A DNA stretch of 59,667 nt, counting the filler, from Catajapyx aquilonaris (lineage: Eukaryota): the NCBI GenBank assembly GCA_000934665.2. It is 2 parts of 2 records of this genome, joined end to end, with 100 filler letters (N's around TTAATTAATTAA, not from the genome) between each part and the next. Parts side by side here need not be neighbours in the genome. Positions count along the whole stretch, not along the records: positions 1 to 29,789 come from JYFJ02004749.1; positions 29,890 to 59,667 come from KZ539209.1. One strand, 5' to 3'. Below the pieces are notes generated by a model. The model ran no database searches and was not told the origin of the DNA. It was given only the letters and a program-made list of their open reading frames with translations. The translations under genes and the position numbers were made by a program. Below, piece by piece: positions 23,795-35,334 of this stretch (positions are counted from its first letter, which is position 1; every line of letters begins with the position of its first letter).

Positions 23795-25081
23795 ATTCCA
23801 CGTCAAGCAGGCCACCTTCCGACAAATCTTTGAGGACTTTGACCAAAATTTAGTGACATGTACTACTCATCGACCTTTGCAGGAAACCAAATTATTATAC
23901 CTCTGCGTTGCGTGGTTGCGTAACTACGTACAGGGTGCAGAATCTACCAATTTATACGGTTTTTGCTTCGCATGCAGTCACTTGGATTACCATATCTCCC
24001 AGAGGATAAGTCCAAATCCTAAATTTATATGTGAGTTGGATACCTATTTTAACGCTCTGTGAGATGGCCATACTTATGATTACGATAATCAAAAATATAA
24101 AGTCAAAAAGTGGCGCTCCAATTTTGATTTTGATTGTTCTCAAACTTGGACATCTTTGAGATTTTTTTAATGGCTCTTAAAATGATGCTGGACATGTCTG
24201 GCCGATATTACCGAAAACTCTACGAGACTGAATTTGGTCTTTCTCGCGCTAGAAGCCGAAACGCAACCCTTGTGCATGCGAGGGGACCAGCCCGCCCGCC
24301 TTTCTGCGTGTATCCAATTCTAGCATGTGAAAGACCAAATTCGGTCTCGTAGAGATTTCGGAAATATCGGCCAGACATGTCCAGCTTCATTTTAAGAGTC
24401 ATTCGAGAAATTTCAAAAATGTCCCAAGTTTGAGAAAAATCAAAATTGGAGCGCCACTTTTTGATTTTATAATTTTGATTCCCCTAGTCATCAGTATGGT
24501 CATCTCATAGAGCGTTAAAATAGGTATCCAACGCACACATTAAGTTTAGGATTTGTATCTATCATCTTGGAGTTATGGTAATCCAAGTGACTGCATGAGA
24601 AGCAAAAATCCGTACAAGGGTTGCGTTTCGGCTTATAGCACGTGAAAGACCAAATTCGGTCTCGTAGAGTTTTCGGAAATATCAGCCAGACATGTCCAGC
24701 TTCATTTTAAGAGTCATTCAAAAAATTTCAGAAATGTCTAATTTTGTGAAAAATCAAAATTGGAGCGCCTCTTTTTGACTTTATATTTTTGATTATTGTA
24801 ATCATAAGTATGGCCATCTCATAGAGCGTTAAAATAGGTATCCAACTCACACATCAAGTTTATGATTTGTACTTATCCTCTTGGATGGCAATCCAAGTGA
24901 CTGCATGCGAAGCAAAAATCCGTATAAATTGGTAGATTCCGCACCCTGTAGTTACGCAACAACGCAAAGCAGAGGTATAATAATTTGGTTTCCTGCATAG
25001 GTCGATGAGTAGTACATGTCACTAAATTTTGATCAAGGTCCTCAAAGATTTGTCGGAAAGGTGGCCCACTTGACGTGGAAT
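23795..25081. mobile_element. Foldback element with ~470-bp inverted arms
   Basis: 23795-24273 is the reverse complement of 24613-25081; 24320-24612 is an extra tandem copy of the inner right arm. Confidence 0.88.
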
Positions 25082-25112
25082 TACAAAGTTCAAAACGTGG
25101 GCTTTCATAATA

Positions 25113-25374
25113 ATTATAATGGATACCCCGTGATAGGCCCCTTGGGCCTCTTAGGGGATCATCTTTTGAATAACCGACTTTAATCATTTGCCTGTAATGT
25201 GATGGATTTTGATGGTGGGAGGAAACGGGAGAACCCCGAGAAAACCCACGCGAACACGGAGAGAACCCATCGAAACTCTATCCACATAAGTATCCTCCGT
25301 CCGACCCGGGGATCGAACTCGGGACCTTAGAGGTGGAAGGCTGCGGCGCTAACCACTCGGCCACCGTGTCGCCC
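25113..25374 (-). mobile_element. tRNA-derived SINE with V-domain-like core
   Basis: A box TGGCCGAGTGG, B box GAGTTCGATCCC, core ttctctccgtgttcgcgtgggttttctcggggttctcccgtttcctccca; 13-bp TSD GGCTTTCATAATA. Confidence 0.88.
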
Positions 25375-27067
25375 GGCTTTCATAATATATCTGCCTGATA
25401 TATGATAATGGGGAAGTAGCCTTCATTTTGGAAACTACATAATAAATTCGCCCATATTTTTTGGATTTTTTTGGCATATTCCGTTTTAATATATCAGTTC
25501 CCGTTCCGGAGTAATTGGGGTTTTTATGTAGGGAAATGGTGACGTCACTGTTTCCCTAGAAAATGTTGACGTCACGCGAAGTGAAATGAACGCAAAAATG
25601 GTGTTATAGAACGCGCCCCGTCATTGTTGTAAAATGCTTCGCTGTGGTTAGCAACCGTCCCATTCCGTGAGCAAGATAGCGGCCGGGGCGCGTTTTTACT
25701 TCACGCCGCTCAATCAGCTAAGGGGCTGGCAGTGGTGCCAACTGGCAGGAATCATCTGTCACCCGAATTCGGCACATGAAGGCCCCCTTTTCTCCACCTC
25801 GATGGCCTACAGCCGCCTTGCGAGTGCTTTCCGTCGTGTCCGCGGTTAATTAAAAGTCAAATTCCTCATATCTCGCAGTCAACCAGGAATTTCAGTGTAC
25901 CCTTTAGATTGGCAGCGGCGTTTTTCCCGCCAATTTTGAAGGCACTTTTAAATGTGCCGTAATTTATCCAGTAATGTCATTTTGATGCAACAGAGTGATG
26001 GAATGTATGTTTACAGGCATGGGCTAGCTAGTTAGGAACAAATATCCCAAATCCCAGACCAAGGCTAGTTCCCCATTGGGCCTGGAGAGACGGCAGAGCC
26101 TGTTGTTTGAAGGCATGTTTCCTCCAGCAGCTGCAGCATCTGTACCCAGCCATCATGCCCCCATGGGAGAACACTGGAGAGTCCGAAGCACATCCGATGC
26201 TGGCCCAGTACAGATGCCACAGCTGCCAGCGGAAACATGCCTTAAACAAAAGACCCTACCGTCACTCCAGGCCCGATTACTACATACGAGGCAGATATAT
26301 TCTGAATGCCCACGTTTTGGACTTCCTGATTTTTAGTCGTCGTCCCACAGACCTTTTTTTGGGCGTCAATAATAGCCAAAATGAGGTTTCTTCAAAATAT
26401 GTATATTCATTTCTCCAACTTTATATATTGAACAATGCTAAATAATTGACAAGAGATCAGGTACATAGATATGTCTCCTACAAGGTATAATATTTGCAAA
26501 TGAATACAATATTATGGCAGTAAAAAATTCCGAAATAGCAAATTCTGACAAAAATACACATATTGCGCAGGCTGTAACGCTTTACACAATACATAATTAT
26601 AGTATCACAAAAGTGATTACATTTTCAAATTCAACGTTCTATGATCTGAAACAAGTGTTCAATGAAAGAGTCGCTACGACATATCCCCTCACCTCTCGTG
26701 ACCTTGAGGATAGTAAAGCGAAACCCTTGGGATATCTAGAGTTTAGGGATAGGTCTATCTCCTGCAAAATATTTTGGAAGTCTAAAAGTCACGAGCACAC
26801 CTCGTGATGATTTCACGTGGAATGACCCATTCTGTAAAACTGCGATTTTTGAGGTCCTTGTGTTGTGAAATGGATAGATATTTTGGTTCTGGTGTTCTAC
26901 CTGCAGAATAAAAAGTAAGTAAAAACCTAGAAATCCGTTCTCTAGTAATCAACAACTAGCCATACTAGGTTACATTTTCCTAGCATCCCATTATAATAGG
27001 GAACACCATTTTCTCGTAAACAAGCATTCAGAAAATGTTTTATCTCAATATTTGTGTTTTGGGAACT

Positions 27068-27349
27068 TATCAGTGGGGCTTAACGTCGGCCTATTTCTGC
27101 TGCTAAGGCTAAACACCAACGTCAGGGGGTGGTCCTCCTCCTGGAAATTTGGCCACTCTGGTGATCTTTAACGTGTACTCGGATAATGTCACAAGCACAC
27201 GGGACCGAAGGCTTTACTTCCTCTCCGAAGGAAGGTGCACTCTCACTTTTCTACCACCCGGAGAAAAGTCACCGACCTCGACCGGGTTCGAGCCCACAAC
27301 TTTGGGTCTCGAGGCAAGTGCACTAACCACGAGACCACCAGCGCCGGCT
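27068..27349 (-). mobile_element. tRNA-derived SINE with Deu/Nin-like core
   Basis: A box TGGTCTCGTGG, B box GGCTCGAACCC, core ccttcggagaggaagtaaagcc.tcggtccc...cacgttaaagatc; near-perfect TSD TGTTTTGGG(A/G)ACT. Confidence 0.82.
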
Positions 27350-27525
27350 TGTTTTGGGGACTAATATGAACTAATAAATAATAAAAAAATAACAAATACA
27401 AAATACAAAAATTACAAATTCAGCGAAAAAATCTTCAGGCATATCTGGGTTAAAGTAGTCTAGGTACTGTATTAACAATTCATATAGTATGACTAATGCA
27501 TTGCTTATTTAGGTTTATATATAAA

Positions 27526-27836
27526 CCCCCAGTCACTCTCCCTCTTTTCGCATGAGCTTAGTTGATTTCCCCCACCGAGGGGGGTTGGCCACGGTCGTGC
27601 AAGAGTCAAGTGCCAGTTCAGGTGGCGCCTTACCTAGCGGGGCAATTCTGCACCATTAGGGTCGACTCCAGCCAATCGGGAGTCGACCCTAATGGTTCAG
27701 AATTGCCCCGCTAGGTAAGGCGCCACCTATACTGGCACTTGACTCTAGCGCCGACCGTGGACAACCCCCATCAGTGGGGGAGATCAGCTAAGCTCACGGG
27801 GGTGGCAATGTAATGGTATAGGGAGTGACTGGGGGC
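27526..27836. mobile_element. Palindromic MITE, family A copy 2
   Basis: Arms cccccagtcactc...gggtcgactcc / ggagtcgaccc...gagtgactggggg; homologous to 23008-23343. Confidence 0.8.
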
Positions 27837-28164
27837 TGATATAAACTATTTATGACTTTCAAAGGTGAGTGATTCGCTGGATTACAGTTAGGTGTAATGA
27901 ACAGTACTACCAAATTAGTTCAAGAAATATCAGTGTATGGAATCAGCAGTATATCAGTAATGTAACTGAAAATCTGTGGTTTTGTAACATCAATGGTTAA
28001 GCAAAATAGATTTCACTCAATATTGAAGTCATGAAATTTGACTTCAAAAGTGAACAGGGTTCATTATTTGTCTGTCACAGGCTGAAACAATACACTTACA
28101 ATATCTTGAATGTCTACAGGGTCAGCATTTCCCCTTTCAGTCCACACCAACTTTCTTTTCTTAT

Positions 28165-28510
28165 GAGAGACGGAGTGGCGCTGCGGTAACGTAGGCGCCC
28201 ACGGATGTTAAGGTCCCGGGTTCGAACCCAACCCGGGGATACCCCCTTCATCTCGTGCAGAGTTCTCGGGTCGTCTCTGGCTTCGTTTCGGGTGGTATTT
28301 CCAACAGACTAAGCCACCCAAGGGAGCTCACAAAATGACCTTACTAGTCGATGCACTGCACCTTGCACATCCCCTCCCAGTCCCCCTGCCCGTAGGCCTG
28401 GGCGCTTCTAACATGGCCTAAGTTTCTATCGGACTTTAATCGATGGTGTATAGGAGCAATGGCTCTCCCCAAATACCCCGTAAGGGGTGGCAAGGGGTAT
28501 TACAAAAAAA
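28165..28510 (+). mobile_element. tRNA-derived SINE (family B)
   Basis: A box TGGCGCTGCGG, B box GGTTCGAACCC, A-tail; 16-bp TSD AACTTTCTTTTCTTAT; second copy at 45647-45973. Confidence 0.92.
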
Positions 28511-28952
28511 AACTTTCTTTTCTTATAATGAAAAAAACTTTACATCAATGAACCATTCTGACACCTGTGTTACTCCTCCTACATAGTAGTGTATTATGGA
28601 TCTCCTGCCTGCACATTTCACTAACACCCAGTCACGAGTCACCATCTTTCATTTGTCAAAAATCCTTTTCTAAATCACATTCACTAGAACTAGAGAGAGA
28701 GCTATGGGCTGACCCAACCTATAAGGCCCTACAGCCCACTGGAACTATGCGAAACGTGCATATTATCATGATAACTACACTGTGTGCCTACCAAAGATGG
28801 GATTAACGATGTCTTGTTTCATGTGCTTATAGAGCAACACTATAAGCACATGTTGATAATAATTTGTATTTTTTGGCAGCTTCCCTGTAATTGATGCATT
28901 TTTTAAAATTTCCCTAATTGCTTTTTCAAGTTTTTTGCATTACTGTTTAGAC

Positions 28953-29188
28953 CAGTGCTTCCCAAACTGTGGGTCGCGAAAATAATCTTTGGGGTCGTGA
29001 AGGAGGGTAACAAATTATTTTCATGAAATGAAGCTATCTTTCTTGAAAATCATGACCATAAGGTAAAGTCATTTCACTGTTTACGTGTCTTTTCATGTTG
29101 GCGGATCAAAATGTGCACATATAGGGGGTCGCAAATTTTACGAGACGATTTTTTTGGGGTCGCCAACGAAAGAAATTGGGAAACATTG
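28953..29188. mobile_element. hAT (Charlie-like) MITE
   Basis: TIRs CAGTGCTTCCCAA / TTGGGAAACATTG; TSD GTTTAGAC / GTTTATAC. Confidence 0.85.
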
Positions 29189-29789
29189 GTTTATACCATC
29201 ATCCTTCCATCCTACATCCATTCCTACCATCCATTCCTACCATCAGCCTTCTGTATTTGCAGCTAAACAGTACTGATTGGGGAAACATTACAGGAGGGCT
29301 GATTGCACTCAAAATTATTCTTAAAGGCTTGAGGACAGTCCATGCCCATTTTGGAATGCAATGAGTTGCAGCCATTAACAGTTATGCTCTAATATATCCA
29401 CCTGGGGCTTTATGCTGCACTGCTGGGGAGAATTCTCACCAGTGAATTTGATCCCACCTGATTGTTCTACTCAAGGCCCTGCTGCAGTGCAGTGGTGTGA
29501 ATTTGCTATGCTGGATAGAGCTTCCTCAGTACTACGATAAAATAGAGAAGGCCCTATAGAGGCAAAGATTCTTTCTGCTGCAGCATGGCCTTGAGCATAA
29601 CAGATGGGTGGAAGCGAACTTCACTGTGATGCAGTGTACTATCCGTTTATTTAATATAAAGCCCTGTGTTTGACTCTAAACAACTCCCAGGCAAATGGGG
29701 AACTAGCCTTCATTTTGGAAACTACATAATAAATTCGCCCATATTTTTTGGATTTTTTTGGCATATTCCGTTTTAAGATATCAGTTCCC

Positions 29790-29889
29790 NNNNNNNNNNN
29801 NNNNNNNNNNNNNNNNNNNNNNNNNNNNNNNNNTTAATTAATTAANNNNNNNNNNNNNNNNNNNNNNNNNNNNNNNNNNNNNNNNNNNN
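29790..29889. other. Assembly gap with artificial stop-codon linker
   Basis: 44 N + TTAATTAATTAA + 44 N = exactly 100 bp. Confidence 0.95.
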
Positions 29890-31577
29890 CCAAAACGGTC
29901 ACGTGGTTTATGGACGACCCCTTACCTGGGCTCTGAAATGTCTCATGGCGTTCTCAGGTGAGCACCCCCTGCAAAACGCCCCGGCAGGGGGTGGGTGGGA
30001 GTGACCAGACCTTACTTTCTATGACCACGGTCAGAGCAGTAAGGTAGGGTCGCCACATGTCTGTGAAGCCCTGACAAGCGCAATCACTTGGCCACCTGCA
30101 GCAAAAACCCCGTCAAGCGAGATGTGATTGACGCAACATCCATTTCTTCCCGGAGGATGCTTTATTGGATAAGTCTCGGAAGACACCTCTGATCAATCCA
30201 TTTGGTTCGGCAGACAACTGCTTATCATGCCAAAGCCTGTTCTGAAATCAAATTTCATCAGATGCATCAAATTCGTCTTGATTGTACGTCGATTCTTCGA
30301 CTGAGCTTTACAGGCACCACATCATCCATGGTGAGCATCATACTTGTTCCTTTGTGCTGCTGCTACCGCAAGTTGTTTGGCAGGAGTTTTCAGCACAACA
30401 ATAGGCTTCCTCATTATTGAGGTTTATAAAGATGATGATTCTAAGGCGAGATGTTAAAGTTGTAGTATATAGAAGAGGAAAAGGCTGGCAATAATATTGA
30501 GATTACCTCAACAGTGCAAAACTGCTGGAACGATTTGTGGCATTTGGTATGCCTTACGTCCGCGGTTTAATGTTACTTTAGGGTGGTTCCATTTCAGATC
30601 AGCCAGTGAGTGAAAAAAGGTGTCAGGTCATAGTCGTCGTTTTTTTAAAAATATATGTGAAGCCCACATCCAATTGAACTCTTATGGAGCAATCGGTTAT
30701 ACGAGATTAAATTTAGTTATCGAGATATTAATATTTCTTTTAAGGGGTACCAAAATAACCTTCACTGGAAGGTGCACTTTTTCCATTGCTTTCAATGAGT
30801 ATATTTCGGGAACTGGTATGAAAACCAACATGATATTTTAAACTCGTGCTTTTGGAATAACACACTACTGCTATGTAATGCATAAATTTACCTTATTTAA
30901 TGGTACAGTCACCTGCAAAAAAATCTCCAATCTTGCATATTTTGGTCAAAATGCACATATTTCGCAATTTATTACGCCGTTATGGTAAACGTGACGGTTG
31001 TGCTGATGATATTTTGTGATATACTCGGTGACCCCCTAAAGGTTATGAAATAAAACCTTTGTTAGCTCCGCGTGTAGCTGAGATGTGCGAGGTGGAAATA
31101 TGGCAACAAGCGAAAACATGCATGTTTCAAAAATTATTTTCTCAAAAAAGCCGTTTTAAATATTTTTTATTTATTTTTTATTTTACAAGGACGGACATGT
31201 TATAAAATTAAGTAGTGTCAAATCCCAGTATATATTTTTTATACGTGAGATATAAATTTTTGTAAACTAACAACTTTCGTCATTGTCCTACAATATGGAC
31301 ACTTAAAATAAATATTTTCTGGAAGAAGCAATTTTGAAAATTTAATCGTTTTTTGTATAACAAAGTAGCATGAGTTCGATTATAAAAGGATATCAAAATT
31401 CGGTATATATTATTTTCTATTCAGTCGAAAGGATTTTTTTTCACAGGGGTAATTTTTGTTTAAGTATGCAACAACATGCACATTTCTAAAATTAATATCT
31501 CGAAACCCCAATTTTTAATATCTAATATTTTATATTTCATAAAGGAAAGACCAGTTCTGTCATAAAATAATATAAAA

Positions 31578-32669
31578 ACCTGGTATCAGCTCAAACTTGT
31601 CACCAGGCTGTAAATAAAATAACCGTCAACCATGTGTGACACTAATAATTATTCAATGCAAAATAAGGTACAAACCAAGTCACGAATCTGCTGAAAGAAT
31701 ACAGATACGCTGCAACTGTTCAGGTTGTTGAAATTTTCTGAACTGTGGATCAGGACTCTGCCAACCGGTCCCTCCCGCATTTACGTGTTCTCCCCCGCCG
31801 CCCCTCACGCAGGGTTATTTCCCCCGCCGTAGAGATTATCGCTAAATTATTATATTTAGTACCTCACTCAGCCCCATGTCACTTCCACCCTAGTTGTATG
31901 GATACGGTAGTTTAATTTCTCTGTCTCCACCAGTCTGGGAATTTGGCGCTGGCCGCGCTACATCGTTCGCTATCCGCCATCTTTTTCAAGGTGTACTCAA
32001 GTGGTAAGTCTGCGGAAGAGAGATCCAGCCAATCGCGACAGACTACCCGCTACCTACCACAGGAGTTGGGAGTTGCACCTTGAACAAGATGGCGTCTTAG
32101 CGAACGATGGGACACAGAATCCCCCTCTCAGATGCCCAATCCCCCTCATTATGTCATTACCTCCGCCTCATTTTTTGGGGGTAGGGTCGGCAGCTCTGGG
32201 ACAGACACCTTCTTAGAGCGGATCTTTTGCGCACGGTAACCAAACACAAACAGCATGGCATCTATCACATTGCTCTTTCCACTTCCATTTGGGCCCACAA
32301 TTGCTGTAAAACTCTATAAGCATACAAATTAAGGATAAGCACAACATCCTAATAATGGTTACAATGCAATGCAAAGAATTACATACCTTACAAAATGGGC
32401 CAAGTATCTTGACCCCAGCATAACTCTTGAAATTGTGTAGCTGAATTTGGGTTATGACAAGCCGGGGAGTGCCTGAATCAAATGTGAGCGCCGGTTTTGG
32501 AGGGGGTGCGACATACATTTCCCCAATTCGGATTTCCGCCGTCTTCATCCCGTTCCACTACCACATCACTCTCCGCAATATGATGGACTCAGACAGAGCA
32601 ACAAGAGTGGCATCACGCACTACCATTGTAGCTCTCGTCTTGCTTCTGCGCTTTGCGCTTACGACCCAT
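31578..32669 (-). pseudogene. SMC4: Inverted partial duplicate of the SMC4 5' end (exons 1-2 and start of exon 3)
   Basis: RLVITQIQLHNFKSYAG and [32 protein letters not shown] on the minus strand; early stop and frameshift in exon 1; same transposon insertion (31757-32198); truncated in exon 3. Confidence 0.9.
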
Positions 32670-32915
32670 CTTCCAGCTATCCGCCTCTGTGCAGTCACAG
32701 TTACCTAAACCTGTAATGTTAAAAAACATATTTTAATAAAAGGCAACAAAAAATCCTAAAAATAATCAGTGGAGCAGAAAACCGTCCTTGCCCATATTTA
32801 TGCAATTCCAATAAAATCATAATTATTTAATGGTGCAGTGTTATTTTGATGTCCTTTATTATGTAGAAGATGGCCTTTATGCTCTTAACTAAGCACTTCA
32901 ATTAGCAGCATTCAG

Positions 32916-33070
32916 AAGGTAACGCCTGGCCAATTATCGCGCAGCAGTATGTGACGTCACATCTATGCGTCACATAGACGTGACGTCACATCTATGCGTC
33001 ACATAGACGTGACGTCACATAGATGTGACGTCACATACTGCTGCGCGATAATTGGCCAGGCGCTACCCTT
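32916..33070. repeat. Palindromic MITE-like element with 29-bp internal tandem repeats and four TGACGTCA sites
   Basis: Arms cgcctggccaattatcgcgcagcagtatgtgacgtcacatctatg / reverse complement; CRE at 32952, 32981, 33010, 33026. Confidence 0.88.
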
Positions 33071-34857
33071 CCTTCCCTGGTCAGGTGCAAGGAACAGGAA
33101 CATTCGTTCGGTACGTGGTTCGTTTGTTCGTTTGAGGTACAGCCAGCGGTCCCTATCCTCACAACATCGGCAAGACTGTCAGGTGCGATGTAGGGCCGGT
33201 GCTTCGCCTTGTGGATGTCGAAACACTTGTCTTTTTGTAGCGGTGTCCGCAGGTGTCCGGGCGAGGGGAGGTGTTCCATCCGGTTCCATCTGCCTGGTTG
33301 GGGCTCAGGAATCGAACGTTGTGGAGTAGGATTGATCGAAAAGTGCGTGGTTGTGACAAATATTATATACGCGCTACACGTATATAATATTTGGTTGTGG
33401 TACCTGCACCAGGTGGTTGGCAACCTCACGGACGCACAGGGCTTGGTAGGCCTAGTTCGAATCCTGTCATCACAAATGCCCGTTAGGTTACCTCAACTAT
33501 AGTGACACCTGATTAGTTTGTGTCCTAGTGTGTAGGTATAGCTGCTGGTAGTCCGGAGGTGAAACACATAACGGAATTGCATGGGATCTAAAGAATTTTC
33601 CATAATGGACAGGTTTCTGCTATATATCCATCAAAAAATATATTGCATGTCCTATGCTCGTTTTCGGAAAGAGATCCATAATATTGACAAGTTTCCGCTA
33701 CACTATTTATGGGTTCGTTATGGACAGATTTTACTGGAGTTAGACTCAATTCTAGATGGGTGAATGTTATAATCCCCAGTAGTAGGCTAGAGGCTGCATG
33801 TAACAATTTGGGCTAAGCATTGTGCGACAGTGCCAGTGCAGAGACTCATCAAATTGCACTGAAATGTAAGCTGTTACCTAGGTATGTCAGAATTTCATTG
33901 CTTGCGATTTATGTGCATCATAATTTTTTGTTGCTGACATCTTTAAAAATGGATTAGAACAGTTTTCTGGTGGTGTGATGGCCATTGGAATGGAAAGGGG
34001 CTTTTCGAGCCTTTCTTTCGGACTGACCAGGGTTGGAGAGAGTAGTTTCTGCCATTTGGCTTTCTAAGCCCCTGTGGAATTTCCTTAGCCTGCTGTGCTC
34101 GCTATACTGGTAATATGTTGGGGATCATTTTTGTATTGCTCTCTGGAGGAGCCTATAACCTTCTGAATGCTGCTTAGTTAAGAGCATAAAGGCCATCTTC
34201 TACATAATAAAGGACATCAAAATAACACTGCACCATTAAATAATTATGATTTTATTGGAATTTCATAAATATGGGCAAGGACGGTTTTTGTTCCACTGAT
34301 TATTTTTAGGATTTTTTGTTGCCTTTTATTAAAATATGTTGTTTAACATTACCGGTTTAGGTAACTGTGACTGCACAGAGGCGGATAGCTGGAAGATGGG
34401 CCGTAAGCGCAAAGCGCAGAAGCAAGACGAGAGCTCTCCTGCTGCTCTGTCTGAGTCCGTCATTGCGGAGAGTGATGTACGTGGTAGTGGAACGGGATGA
34501 GGACGGCGGAATCCGAATAGGTCAAATGTATGTCGCACACATGGGTCGTACCCCCTCCAAAACCGGCGCTCACATTTGATTCAGACACTCCCCGGCTTGT
34601 CATAACCCAAATTCAGCTACACAATTTCAAGAGTTATGCTGGGGTCAAGACTCTTGGCCCATTTGGTAAGGTGTGTAATTCTTTGCATTGCATTGTAACC
34701 ATTATTAGGATGTTGTGCTTATCCTTAATTTGTATGCTTATAGAGTTTCACAGCAATTGTGGGCCCAAATGGAAGTGGAAAGAGCAATGTGATAGATGCC
34801 ATGCTGTTTGTGTTTGGTTACCGTGCGCAAAAGATCCGCTGTAAGAAGGTGTCTGTG

Positions 34858-35334
34858 GAGCTGCCAACCCTACCCCCAAAAAATGAGGCGGAGGTAATGA
34901 CATAATGAGGGGGATTGGGCATCTGAGAGGGGGATTCTGTGTCCCATCGTTCGCTAAGACGCCATCTTGTTCAAGGTGCAACTCCTGTGGACGCTGTGGT
35001 AGGTAGCGGGTAGTCTGTCGCGATTGGCTGGATCTTTCTTCCGCAGACTTACCACTTGAGTACACCTTGAAAAAGATGGCGGATAGCGAACGATGTAGCG
35101 CGGCCAGCGCCAAATTCCCAGCCTGGTGGAGACACAGAAATTAAACTACCGTATCCATACAACTAGGGGGGAAGTGACATGGGGATGAGTGAGGTAGTAG
35201 GCCTACTAGTACTAAATATAATAATTTAACGATAATCTCTATACGGCGGGGGAAATAACCCTGCGTGAGGGGCGGCGGGGGAGAACACGTAAATGCGGGA
35301 GTCCCCCACCCAATGCGGGAGGGTTGGCAGTGCC
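34858..35334. mobile_element. Non-autonomous DNA transposon inserted in SMC4 exon 2
   Basis: Termini (ca)gagctgccaaccct / agggttggcag; splits KKVSV|LIHSSE; internal palindrome cgccatcttgttcaaggtg...caccttgaaaaagatggcg; further copies at 31757-32198 and 5192-5590. Confidence 0.85.

Larger units (their letters stand above)
23507..26828. mobile_element. Long-TIR non-autonomous DNA transposon (GGGTCATTC termini) hosting nested insertions
   Basis: ~150-bp imperfect TIRs: gggtcattc..cgtga...gaggtgaggggatatg (23507-23657) vs catatcccctcacctc...tcacgtggaatgaccc (26680-26828). Confidence 0.8.

Noticed and set aside
25300..25374. tRNA genes at SINE heads (also ~27280-27349, 28165-28235, 45900-45973, 50310-50385)
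   Set aside because: A and B boxes are present, but each continues into a SINE body with tail and flanking duplication; I saw no complete cloverleaf.
32951..33035. CRISPR-like array
   Set aside because: 29-bp units are contiguous with no unique spacers; eukaryotic context and no cas genes.
34841..35334. Transposon in SMC4 exon 2 removed as a new intron
   Set aside because: The strong GTAAGA at 34841 gives no in-frame, stop-free product with nearby AGs; the only in-frame pair uses a poor donor (GTCTGT) and an acceptor without a pyrimidine tract, and other lesions disable the gene anyway.
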